Sequence record: ON190025.1
Direction: 5' to 3' (one strand)
Length of the DNA: 64,000 nt
Both the position numbers and the translations under genes were made by a program. Numbering within the stretch: position 1 is the first letter of the stretch; the number at the start of each line of letters is the position of its first letter. Below are positions 19,301 to 27,673 of the stretch, one piece after another. The notes beneath the pieces are model-generated. The model saw nothing but the letters and a program-made list of their open reading frames with translations, was not told where the DNA came from and made no database searches.

Positions 19301-20031
19301 GGGTTCAGTGGTACAGAAATTGCAATTTTCTTAACTGAACCGTCATATGTGACTGTCTCGCCAACGTTAGTGAAATAACCACCAGTTGATAAGTACCCAC
19401 CCTGTTGAGTTGGGTGACTGTCGTCGATATACGTATTGTATAACTCTTGATTGATCTGATATGTCCATGCAATACCGTTGTACACTAAGAATATAGTGCT
19501 GTTAGGGGTATTGAATGAAATACTCGGTTTAGACTCAATTGAACCGTCAATGCCGTAATGTTGAATCGTCAAGCCGCCCGCTGCTGCAATCGTACAAGGG
19601 TAAGTTGTAAGAACGCCTTTACCGTCTTTGATTGTAACTGTGTCACCTGTTAATGGTGTTTCAGGCAGTGTAATAGTGATTGCCGAGCTTGCTGTTAACA
19701 ACAAGAAGTCACCGACGTTTGCGCCTACCGATGAATCAGTATCTTCCCATTCAGGGTCGGTACGCATTTTCTGCCACTTCTGCGAGTCAAAAGGTTCAGG
19801 TGCATTGATTTCGGTAATGTTTTTGTATAGACGTTGATTGAACTCAACGATAAAGTCTACTTTATAGTGATCTCGTGTTGGGTCATACTCTTGAACAGTG
19901 TTCTCTTCAATAAAGTAGCCTTGGTTAATACCGTCGAACAATTCATTTGCTCGTGGGTCTGCTACGTTAATGACATTCTGACCACTTGCATCAAGACCTG
20001 ACGCACGAAATGCTCTGCGGAATTCTGACAT
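16324..20031 (-). CDS. 34: Long tail fibre proximal subunit gp34
   Basis: MSEFRRAFRASGLDASG...EENTVQEYDPTR matches the T4 gp34 N-terminus; ATE-x-RRG-x-x-EIATQ repeats; AAGGAG RBS at the 20031 start. Confidence 0.95.
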   Translation of the reverse strand: MSEFRRAFRASGLDASGQNVINVADPRANELFDGINQGYFIEENTVQEYDPTRDHYKVDFIVEFNQRLYKNITEINAPEPFDSQKWQKMRTDPEWEDTDSSVGANVGDFLLLTASSAITITLPETPLTGDTVTIKDGKGVLTTYPCTIAAAGGLTIQHYGIDGSIESKPSISFNTPNSTIFLVYNGIAWTYQINQELYNTYIDDSHPTQQGGYLSTGGYFTNVGETVTYDGSVKKIAISVPLNPNVGDTIHLKDVAYLENQTSIQIGVNPTATGQVIQDPISGERSSVISLDTIGGADITFIDDNGTGVWVITIANNPHLWNYVGDSSAVELKPRSRYAIEIADAVPAMTITLPENPADGDWIEISHNKTAHKKVTIQVHPNFGDDDPGHGPDEYKVFLDFETYRYQKYRHYVDFVPFFVESFEISDYDSGYSLVLYYDASRKVWSFGNIATRIDIADELYRKRPGIVPLADPTEALAHGIEYAHPEDAADPWADQNPLKDHVITVETLDARRAGEQQVGMARVATLGTDEALEESRSGTFVRYPDTNFRHDLFITPRSLNARTATETRRGVVEIATQNETRSTTNDVQVLTPMKFHAAQAEEDLTGVAKLVEASNNINAGGIVTSTANMRSDRSVNGLDNTVYDKTDHLRIVTPKMLDEYRATENQPGTLWVAKSSELRINDSTVDNAIITPKKLAAWKASSTVRGIARSATQSEANATTGTGESWTTVFITPETLNSRTATESRRGVAEIATQTEVDSGTDDTRIVSPLKLKTWLDRDHFVTAGTDGLSHTGTVWGDVTFSIASATETQRGTLQVATQVEANAQAGALDDVIITPQKLNARRATENQTGIVRLATQAEVEAATASNEIVVTPSDLLHWTRYSDSSRANESRYGNVQIATPAETFVGNSTDGSTQAYTSYLRVPYAVSPYGLHYALRNYLPLNAKADDSELLDGLNSTQFARRDIDQTINGTYTFSGEFVQTKGGGYFLVANPTNDAASVKLDWFNDEPRIRVGGSGNGSSSPFSIAGAGDTTRWQVNSTGYTTQPGGASFGDTIYENEATANVDTTYGSYSSPSSGSLRQKYLGINNVAKASEKWVTARTVTFTGDLSGNFTLDGSGNVTTNIQVNDYSHAHSGENITTGTINNDRLRKSSRTNQGIVQVTSDVRTADPVNASDPHQALSAGAGKTLSERIDLFTPDGGTGESVKYRDYIQVGSVRMSTNNQGVLEFTYGHAI

Positions 20032-20071
20032 TTCATTGCTCCTTTGTTTAGATATGCAATTCGCTATGATA

Positions 20072-20079
20072 TATTTAGA
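20072..20079 (-). promoter_or_regulatory. Late promoter variant TCTAAATA for gene 34
   Basis: TATTTAGA on the plus strand, 40 nt upstream of the gp34 ATG. Confidence 0.7.
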
Positions 20080-20109
20080 CACACGATATAAACATATAGG
20101 AAATGACAC

Positions 20110-21042
20110 ATGAGTTTAGAGGGGTTCTTCAAGCGAAAGACAAAATCGTTTGATGGTATGCCAGCGGGTGTTAATCTCGTTGACTTCAGTCAGATTGTCT
20201 TGAGTACAATCATGGCAACATACAAACCGACTGATCTATTAACAGTTGATTTGATTCGTCATATCGTTCTTAACACGCTACGTAGTAACGTGCTAAAGAA
20301 CAAACTCAAATACCCGCGTATTATCTTGTGTATTGATAATGGTAAAGGCGGTTATTGGCGCAAGAAAGAAGCGTGGTACTACAAATACAAACGTAGTGAG
20401 CAGCGTGATGACTCTGGTTGGGATTTCGAAACGATTTTCAACGCAATGGCGCAGATTAAAGAAGAAATCAAAGAAAACATGCCGTATTACGTAATGGACA
20501 TTGAAGGCGTTGAAGCCGATGACCATATTGGTGTTTTGACTAATTATTACGTGAGTAAAAACGTTCCAGTTTTGATTACTTCTTCAGATGGTGACTTTAC
20601 TCAGTTACACACAAGCAAGCTTGTACGTCAATGGTCTCCGATTCAGAAGAAATGGGTCAAGCCGAAGCATGGTTCACCAGAAATGGACATCATGTTTAAA
20701 TGCATCAAAGGTGATAAAAAAGACGGTATTGCACCGTTGAAAGCGCCGAATGATCACTACACACATGGCGATGGTCGTCGTGCACCATCTGTTCGCAAAG
20801 AAGAGTTGCGCACGCTAATGACATCAACGCCAGATGAGCTTAAAAAGCTCTTAACTGAAGAGCAATTTGCTCGTTATGAAGAAAACAGAAAATTGTTAGA
20901 TTTTGCGTTTATTCCTAAGAATATCAGTGATAGCATAATCGAACAGTTTGAAGCGCAGAAGCCAGCGCCTAGAAGTAAAATCATGATGTATTTTGCTTCT
21001 AAGAAGTTAGATAAGCTTATTGAAAGCATGAGCGAATTCTAA
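20110..21042 (+). CDS. rnh: RNase H (5'-3' exonuclease)
   Basis: LVDFSQI, EADDHIG, ITSSDGDFTQL and KGDKKDGI motifs. Confidence 0.96.
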   Translation: MSLEGFFKRKTKSFDGMPAGVNLVDFSQIVLSTIMATYKPTDLLTVDLIRHIVLNTLRSNVLKNKLKYPRIILCIDNGKGGYWRKKEAWYYKYKRSEQRDDSGWDFETIFNAMAQIKEEIKENMPYYVMDIEGVEADDHIGVLTNYYVSKNVPVLITSSDGDFTQLHTSKLVRQWSPIQKKWVKPKHGSPEMDIMFKCIKGDKKDGIAPLKAPNDHYTHGDGRRAPSVRKEELRTLMTSTPDELKKLLTEEQFARYEENRKLLDFAFIPKNISDSIIEQFEAQKPAPRSKIMMYFASKKLDKLIESMSEF

Positions 21043-21050
21043 AAAAAATT

Positions 21051-21079
21051 GTTTAGAACAACATGTGCTGCTGTATAAT
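21051..21079 (+). promoter_or_regulatory. Class II promoter
   Basis: GTTTAG-17-TATAAT with TG extension. Confidence 0.7.
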
Positions 21080-21125
21080 GAGCAGCACGAAACAACGACA
21101 TTGAACAAAACATATTGAGGTAACG

Positions 21126-21407
21126 ATGGACATTCTTGAATACGAAACAATCTCTACTCCGCAAGATAAGCAAGAAGTAGTTAACATGGTTAAAGAAGCG
21201 TCTGCTTCCATGTTGCGCATTGATTCTGAACGCGATCTAATGAAAGACATTGCGAATCGCGCAAAAGAAGAGTTCGAAATCAAACCTGCCGATTTCAACA
21301 AAGTTGTGAAGATGTATCACAAACAAAACCGCCAAGAAGAACAGGCGAAGTATGAAAAGGTAGACAATCTATACGAGAAGCTTTTTGACGATGCAGATGA
21401 TGAATAA
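21126..21407 (+). CDS. dsbA: dsDNA-binding protein DsbA
   Basis: KEAS...IKPADFNKVVKMYHKQNR; T4 synteny rnh-dsbA-33-59-32. Confidence 0.9.
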   Translation: MDILEYETISTPQDKQEVVNMVKEASASMLRIDSERDLMKDIANRAKEEFEIKPADFNKVVKMYHKQNRQEEQAKYEKVDNLYEKLFDDADDE

Positions 21408-21693
21408 AGACAACTACGTTTTAAAAGAAGAGCTTGGTGATTTAGTTCCGCCTATTAAAGGCAGTCTTAGACAGCAAATCTCTCTAGAAATTGAAGAGAT
21501 TTATAATAGCTGTCCCGCCATGACCTATCTTGAAGCGTGTCTGTTCTTCATTGAGCAATACGATTACGACATTAGTCGCTTCCCGTATCTGATTAATCAG
21601 ACGTTGAAAGACAAAATTGAGACTGAGGCGATAAATGAAAAGACTATTAGAAGTCGATTTGGTTCTGCCTCGGACTTGGGTCAATGGGTATAG
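21391..21693 (+). CDS. 33: Late transcription co-activator gp33
   Basis: TYLEAC...LKDKIETEAINE; synteny. Exact start uncertain (21391, 21397 or 21400). Confidence 0.88.
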   Translation: MQMMNKDNYVLKEELGDLVPPIKGSLRQQISLEIEEIYNSCPAMTYLEACLFFIEQYDYDISRFPYLINQTLKDKIETEAINEKTIRSRFGSASDLGQWV

Positions 21694-22288
21694 CGTATTT
21701 CGTGTTTATTGTGCTGTAAAGGCGCATATGGGCGGAAAGTACGACATCTCCAAGTATAAACTCGGAATGAAAACACCTAGATCTGCGTTCGAGAAGCGTT
21801 CAGATAAGGTGTTTTTTGAACGGCTAGCCAAACGGCTAACATTGAATGATTGCTATCAGTTGCTTGTTAGTAACTTAGCAGCGAACCCCAATGCGATTTC
21901 TTATGAGATTGCAGGTGCTGACGCTCATGAATTCTGGTTGAAACATACGGGATTTATGGAAATTTACAGTCAGCACTACAAAAATGAACTACTTTCGATT
22001 TTTACTCTTATAAATAGAGAGAATAAAAAATTCAAAGATTTGTTTAGAGGCGAAGGGCATCCCGTTATAATGCAACTCGTGTTACGAAATACTATCTCAA
22101 TTGAGACGTTCGTAATTCTGAATAGATTATTGAACTTCGTACCTGTAATCGACAAAGATTACGGAGACGATATCTTCTGGCACGAGTTCAAGACACGAGC
22201 TTTAGCATACGATAAGTTGCTGAAAATCGACGAAGTTCTTGCTAAAGAAATGTTTATTCAAATAAAAAATCAAAGTAAAATACAATAA
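21635..22288 (+). CDS. 59: Helicase loader gp59
   Basis: KAHMGGKYDISKY, KRSDKVFF, SNLAAN and ISIETF motifs. Confidence 0.95.
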   Translation: MKRLLEVDLVLPRTWVNGYSVFRVYCAVKAHMGGKYDISKYKLGMKTPRSAFEKRSDKVFFERLAKRLTLNDCYQLLVSNLAANPNAISYEIAGADAHEFWLKHTGFMEIYSQHYKNELLSIFTLINRENKKFKDLFRGEGHPVIMQLVLRNTISIETFVILNRLLNFVPVIDKDYGDDIFWHEFKTRALAYDKLLKIDEVLAKEMFIQIKNQSKIQ

Positions 22289-22338
22289 CACACTATACGA
22301 TACTATATCATACTATAAAATACAAGGTAAAATACAAT
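22277..22338 (+). promoter_or_regulatory. Repetitive unstructured gene 32 leader (putative translational operator)
   Basis: ACTATA x3 at 10-nt spacing and AAAATACAA x3 directly before the ATG. Confidence 0.5.
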
Positions 22339-23265
22339 ATGTCTATGTTCAAACGCAAATCTCCAGCAAAACTTCAAGAAAAACTAGAGCAAATGTCAAG
22401 CAAAAAGTCATTCGACAATGCTGACGAGTGGAAACTTTCTACTGACAAGCTTGGTAATGGTTCTGCGGTGATTCGCTTCCTGCCTGCTAAAGGCGAAGAC
22501 GACCTACCATTTGTAAAAATCTTCACACACGGTTTCAAAGAAAACGGTAACTGGTACATCGAAAACTGTCCTTCGACTATCGATCTTCCATGTCCATGCT
22601 GCCAAGCTAACGGCGAGCTTTGGAAAACTGAAAACGAAGATAACCAAAACATTGCACGTAAACGCAAGCGTACTCTTTCTTACTGGGCTAACATCGTTGT
22701 AATCAAAGATGAAGCTGCACCAGAAAATGAAGGCAAAGTTTTCAAATACCGTTTCGGTAAGAAAATTCTTGACAAGATCACTCAAGCTGCTCAAGCAGAT
22801 GAAGATCTAGGTGTACCGGGCATGGACGTGACTTGTGTATTCGATGGTGCTAACTTCAGCTTGAAAGCTAAGAAAGTATCTGGTTTCCCTAACTACGACG
22901 ACTCTAAATTCGGCCCAAGCACTGAGCTATACGGCGGTGACGAAGCTAAACTGAAAGAAGTCTGGGACCAAATGCACGACCTAAACGCAATCATTGCACC
23001 GTCTGCGTTTAAATCTGAAGCTGACCTTCAGAAGCGTTTTCTTCAAGTGACTGGCGCTGCTCAGTCTAAAGCATCTACGGCTGCTCAAAATCTTGAAGCT
23101 CAACTGAACACTGGTGCTCCTGCTCAAGCAAATGCACCTCGTACAGTTGCTAAACCAAGCGCAACTATCGACACTGACGACACTCCTGCTTCACAAGAGC
23201 CAGTGACTGATTCTGTCGATGACGAGCTAGACGCACTACTAGCTGACCTAGAGCTAGACGAGTAA
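22339..23265 (+). CDS. 32: Single-stranded DNA-binding protein gp32
   Basis: MFKRKS, GNGSAVIRFLP, HGFKENGNWYIENCPST, CPCC and acidic tail. Confidence 0.98.
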   Translation: MSMFKRKSPAKLQEKLEQMSSKKSFDNADEWKLSTDKLGNGSAVIRFLPAKGEDDLPFVKIFTHGFKENGNWYIENCPSTIDLPCPCCQANGELWKTENEDNQNIARKRKRTLSYWANIVVIKDEAAPENEGKVFKYRFGKKILDKITQAAQADEDLGVPGMDVTCVFDGANFSLKAKKVSGFPNYDDSKFGPSTELYGGDEAKLKEVWDQMHDLNAIIAPSAFKSEADLQKRFLQVTGAAQSKASTAAQNLEAQLNTGAPAQANAPRTVAKPSATIDTDDTPASQEPVTDSVDDELDALLADLELDE

Positions 23266-23271
23266 TGATTT

Positions 23272-23296
23272 AAAGGGGCTTAATTGCCCCTTTGTT
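23272..23296 (+). terminator. Intrinsic terminator
   Basis: AAAGGGGC-TTAATT-GCCCCTTTGTT. Confidence 0.75.
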
Positions 23297-23314
23297 CTCT
23301 TTATAGGAGATTAA

Positions 23315-23860
23315 ATGAAAGTTCAAATCGTTTTCGCTCACGGTATGAGTAAATCCCCGCACGCGCCCTTCGGCAATCAAAACAAACTCCCTTGGAAACA
23401 TAACAAAGAAGACTTGGCTCGATTTAAAGCAGTTACTATGAATAGCGTGCTTGTAATGGGCTCTAAGACATTCGAATCACTTCCCGGTAAACTAGCAGGC
23501 CGCCCGCACGTTGTGCTCAGTAGCAGCGATACAGCGACTGCAAAAAACGGTCAAAAAGCCGATGTTTACTGCAAGTGTGACTCCTTTCAAGACCTGATTA
23601 AAAACATCGAAAATGTTTATCTGATAGAAGGTTTTGATAAAATAAGTGTTATCGGTGGCCCTAGTGTTATCGAGTCTGCATTACCTTTTGCAGACCACAT
23701 ATATAAAACTACAATCGTTGATGAAATCGAAGCGTACGACGTTACGATTGATTTAACTAAAATTTTCTGGTATTTCCCACACAACGGGGAATCAGAGATC
23801 GTCGAATGCCAGAACGGCTCTACGATTTTCATCGAAAAGTTAACAAAGGGTGACTTATGA
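23315..23860 (+). CDS. frd: Dihydrofolate reductase
   Basis: LPWKH-x-KEDL, VMGSKTFESLP and VIGGP motifs. Confidence 0.95.
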   Translation: MKVQIVFAHGMSKSPHAPFGNQNKLPWKHNKEDLARFKAVTMNSVLVMGSKTFESLPGKLAGRPHVVLSSSDTATAKNGQKADVYCKCDSFQDLIKNIENVYLIEGFDKISVIGGPSVIESALPFADHIYKTTIVDEIEAYDVTIDLTKIFWYFPHNGESEIVECQNGSTIFIEKLTKGDL

Positions 23861-24573
23861 TTTTTAAAAATAACATTGGATGGTACGCAGGGGCTGGTTC
23901 TGTACGTCATGATTTCTACATCAACGGTGCGATTGAAGAGCCGAATGATTATGAAGAAATGCTTCAAATTCTGCATACGGCGTCCGAAACAGACGTGATT
24001 TACTTGCACTTGAATACACCTGGTGGTAACTTCTATGCTGCATGTCAAATTTGTGATGCAATTATGCAATCTAAAGCAGGTGCAGTCATCGCGTGCGCAG
24101 AGGGTGAAGTGTGCAGCGCAGGTACAATGATTTTCTTAGCTTGTAATGGTTGGCACGTATCCCCATTTGCAACGTTCATGTTCCATACATCGAGCGGCGG
24201 TCAAATTGGTAAAATGCCAGACACGTTGAAACAAGCTAAATCTCACGAAGAGCATTTAAACCGCGTATGTGGTCTTCTTTATGAACCGTTCTTTGATGCT
24301 GACGAGATCGACGAAATCATCAACCATAACCAAGACTTATGGCTGACGCCAGAAGAGGTTACAGAACGTCTTCAAGAAATGTCGAAGAAGTTCGAAGATG
24401 AAATGAAAGAAGCTGAAGCTCAACTTGCAGGTGACATTGAATCTCAACTTGAAGAACAGATTCAAGAGCGCGTAGCTGAAGAGCTTCGCAAACTAAAGGT
24501 CGACCCTGAAGATGAAGAAGTTGAAGATGAGCCCGTAAAGCCAAAACGCAAGCGTGCTGCAAAGAAAGCTTAA
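23857..24573 (+). CDS. ClpP-like serine protease (S14)
   Basis: LHLNTPGG, CSAGTMIF (Ser) and FMFH (His); acidic coiled C-tail. Confidence 0.85.
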   Translation: MIFKNNIGWYAGAGSVRHDFYINGAIEEPNDYEEMLQILHTASETDVIYLHLNTPGGNFYAACQICDAIMQSKAGAVIACAEGEVCSAGTMIFLACNGWHVSPFATFMFHTSSGGQIGKMPDTLKQAKSHEEHLNRVCGLLYEPFFDADEIDEIINHNQDLWLTPEEVTERLQEMSKKFEDEMKEAEAQLAGDIESQLEEQIQERVAEELRKLKVDPEDEEVEDEPVKPKRKRAAKKA

Positions 24574-24639
24574 TTTAATCTCAGTTGTAATTTAAGGGGT
24601 AGCATTTTGCTGCTCCTTTCTTAGTTAGAAGGTAAAATA

Positions 24640-25740
24640 ATGTCAGATTTAATGAAATCGTTGAAAAAATCAAGCACATCTGGTTACGCGCAAGTGTTAT
24701 CAGAAAGTCAGTTTATGTTCGAAAAAGATCATACACGTACTTACGTGCCTGCGATTAACATTGCTTTTAGTGGTGAAGTAGATGGTGGTTTAACTTCTGG
24801 GTTGACAGTACTAGCGGGACCGTCAAAGCACTTTAAATCGAACTTGGGTCTAGTTGGCGTAGCTGCTTACTTGAAGAAATACCCTGAGGCAATTTGTGTA
24901 TTCATTGATACAGAATTCGGTATCACACCGTCTTATTTGCGCTCACAAGGTGTTGACCCAGACCGTGTTCTTCATATACAATGTGAGAGCGTTGAGCGTA
25001 TGAAATTCGAAATGGCGAATCAGCTTAAAGACCTTGCAGAACGTAAGCGAGCTAAGAAAGCGGGTGACGAACCAGACCGCGTAATTTTCTTTATTGACTC
25101 GGTAGGTAACGTTGCTTCTGCAAAAGAAATCGATGACGCGCAAAACGAAAAGTCAGTTGCTGATATGTCTCGTGCGAAACAATTGAAATCATTGTTCCGT
25201 ATCATCACACCATATTTCACAATGCTCGATATTCCTTGTATCGCGATCAACCACACGTATCAAACTCAAGAAATGTACTCTAAAACTGTCATGTCTGGCG
25301 GTACGGGTATCATGTACTCTGCTGATACGGTAATCATTCTTGGCAAACAGCAAGAAAAAGACGGCAAAGAGATTGTCGGCTATCACTTCATTATGAATAT
25401 CGAGAAATCACGTTTCGTGAAAGAGAAGATGAAAGTTCCGTTGACGGTTACATACGAAAACGGTATCGATATGTTCTCTGGTCTACTTGATATTGCACTT
25501 CAAACCGGTCATGTTGTTAAACCATCTAATGGTTGGTATCAACGTGCAACTGTTGATGAAGAAACTGGCGAAATGATCGTCGAAGAAAAGAAATATCGAG
25601 CGAAAGAAACACAAACGCTTTCTTTCTGGAAAGACATCATCAATTCACCGACTTTCAAAGAAGGCGTGAAACGACTTTACTGCTTAGGTCAGTTAGACGA
25701 GTCTGAATTGAATGATGAAATCGATAGCTTATTCGATTAA
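24640..25740 (+). CDS. uvsX: UvsX RecA-like recombinase
   Basis: GPSKHFKS P-loop, DTEFGIT, DMSRAK and SGGTGIMYSAD motifs. Confidence 0.98.
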   Translation: MSDLMKSLKKSSTSGYAQVLSESQFMFEKDHTRTYVPAINIAFSGEVDGGLTSGLTVLAGPSKHFKSNLGLVGVAAYLKKYPEAICVFIDTEFGITPSYLRSQGVDPDRVLHIQCESVERMKFEMANQLKDLAERKRAKKAGDEPDRVIFFIDSVGNVASAKEIDDAQNEKSVADMSRAKQLKSLFRIITPYFTMLDIPCIAINHTYQTQEMYSKTVMSGGTGIMYSADTVIILGKQQEKDGKEIVGYHFIMNIEKSRFVKEKMKVPLTVTYENGIDMFSGLLDIALQTGHVVKPSNGWYQRATVDEETGEMIVEEKKYRAKETQTLSFWKDIINSPTFKEGVKRLYCLGQLDESELNDEIDSLFD

Positions 25741-25794
25741 CGATACTGGCCCGCTTAATTGCGGGTCTTTTTCACCTTAGACGGGACGAATCGT

Positions 25795-26097
25795 ATGACT
25801 CCGAACCAAGTAACAGAAATGCTAACCGAGCTTCAAGAGCGCGTGAAATTTAGTATAATGATTGACGATATTGAAGTTTATATTACTGACATTCTAGTAG
25901 ATAATAGCGGCAGACTCAAAATTGAATTTGTAACTCAACATCCAGACAAAGAAGAACAAATTCGTCCGCATGTTGAGGCGTGTATTATGAAACTTATTCG
26001 TGAAGAACAGAACAAGAATGGGGTAAAAGAACAATGCAAATCGAGAAGTCGATTTTCTCAAATCTTATCGAAAATCAAGAGTACTTTGCTACCGTAA
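25795..26097 (+). CDS. 40: Head vertex assembly chaperone gp40
   Basis: IRPHVEACI matches T4 LAPHVEKCI; synteny uvsX-40-41. Confidence 0.85.
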   Translation: MTPNQVTEMLTELQERVKFSIMIDDIEVYITDILVDNSGRLKIEFVTQHPDKEEQIRPHVEACIMKLIREEQNKNGVKEQCKSRSRFSQILSKIKSTLLP

Positions 26098-27434
26098 TCC
26101 CTCACTTGAAAAAAGAATACTTTCAGTCAACTGCTCATCAGCATATCTTTATGATGATTAAGAACCACGCAGACGAGTACAAACGTCGTGCGACACCTGA
26201 AGTTTTGAAAGTATGTCTTGAGTCATTGACAGGGATTAGTGAATACGACTATGCAGAGATACAACAAACAATAAATGAACTAGAACCTCACCCGAGTCAC
26301 GACCTGAGATGGTTGATTGACACGACTGAACAGTTCTGTATCGAACAGAGCGTTTTTAACGCGCTTAGTGAATCACTTGCTATTCAAGAGAATGCAGCTA
26401 AACCACTTGATCAACAAAACAAACGAATGAAAACGCTTGGTGCGATTCCCGATTTGATGCGTGATGCATTGAACGTTTGTTTTGACACATCAGTTGGTCA
26501 TGATTATTTTGCAGATTGGGAACCTCGATACAAATCGTATATCGAGAAAGCAGCAAAAATCCCATTCAAAATGAACATTTTAAACAAGATCACTCAAGGT
26601 GGTGTTGAAAGAAGTACTCTGAACCTACTTCTAGCGGGTTCTAACGTGGGTAAATCACTTGCGTTGTGTCATTTAGCAACTGAGTATCTTCTACAAGGCT
26701 ACAACGTTCTATACATCAGTATGGAAATGAGTGAAGCGGCAGTGTCGAAGCGTATTGATGCCAACTTAATGGACATCAGTATGGACGATTTCGATACTAT
26801 TACTGAAAAAACATACGGCACTAAGATTCAGAATCTTGAGAAGAAAACTCAAGGTAAATTATTCATTAAACAGTTCCCGACTGCGGGCGCGAATGTAACT
26901 CACTTCAATACGTTGATGAATGAGCTTCGCACCAAGAAAGACGTAATCCCAGACATTGTGATTGTCGATTATCTTGGTATCTGTGCAAGTTCACGTGTTG
27001 CAAGTTCAGAAAATACATACGTTCACGTTAAAGCTATTGCTGAAGAAATTCGTGGTTTTGCTGTTGAACATAACGTTGCTGTTTGGTCTGCTGCTCAGAC
27101 TACACGTAACGCATGGGATGCAAGTGACATGGGAATGGGTGATATTGCTGAATCGGCTGGTCTTGCTCATACTGCTGACTTGATTCTCGGTATTATGGAA
27201 ACTGAAGAAACTGTCGCGCTCGGGCAACAACGAGTGAAACAGATTAAGTCTCGTTATGCTGACCGTAACCAAGACCAGACATTTATGATTGCTGTTAACA
27301 AAGGTAAACAACGTTGGGGTGATGTAGATGGTACTGCGAGTTATACGGCGCCTGCTCAATCTCAAACGCAATCGGCGACTCCTTTCGCGCAGAAGAAAGA
27401 ACAGACGCAGAAAGCAGAGGCGGTAAATTGGTAG
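26034..27434 (+). CDS. 41: Replicative helicase gp41
   Basis: GSNVGKS, ISMEM, VDYLGIC, WSAAQT and KSRY motifs. Confidence 0.97.
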   Translation: MQIEKSIFSNLIENQEYFATVIPHLKKEYFQSTAHQHIFMMIKNHADEYKRRATPEVLKVCLESLTGISEYDYAEIQQTINELEPHPSHDLRWLIDTTEQFCIEQSVFNALSESLAIQENAAKPLDQQNKRMKTLGAIPDLMRDALNVCFDTSVGHDYFADWEPRYKSYIEKAAKIPFKMNILNKITQGGVERSTLNLLLAGSNVGKSLALCHLATEYLLQGYNVLYISMEMSEAAVSKRIDANLMDISMDDFDTITEKTYGTKIQNLEKKTQGKLFIKQFPTAGANVTHFNTLMNELRTKKDVIPDIVIVDYLGICASSRVASSENTYVHVKAIAEEIRGFAVEHNVAVWSAAQTTRNAWDASDMGMGDIAESAGLAHTADLILGIMETEETVALGQQRVKQIKSRYADRNQDQTFMIAVNKGKQRWGDVDGTASYTAPAQSQTQSATPFAQKKEQTQKAEAVNW

Positions 27435-27673
27435 AGATTATCGGGTCAAAATATTGTTTAGCTTGTCGCAAGTTGTGCGACTCGCTAAATGATAGAAACA
27501 TTAAACATATTTTTTATGACGCATTTGTTCCTAGTGAACGCTATAAAGAACTTCAGAAAATCGCTGAAGATGATGGTTATATTGCCCACCCAATAGCGTT
27601 TTACAATGGCGAATGTCTAGGCGAGGGTGTGAGCGTCTTATCTCGCATCGACAAATTGTTAGAAGAGGAATGA
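27428..27673 (+). CDS. Glutaredoxin-like protein
   Basis: CLAC near the N-terminus, HPIAF...CLG; upstream of nrdD. Confidence 0.7.
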   Translation: MVEIIGSKYCLACRKLCDSLNDRNIKHIFYDAFVPSERYKELQKIAEDDGYIAHPIAFYNGECLGEGVSVLSRIDKLLEEE

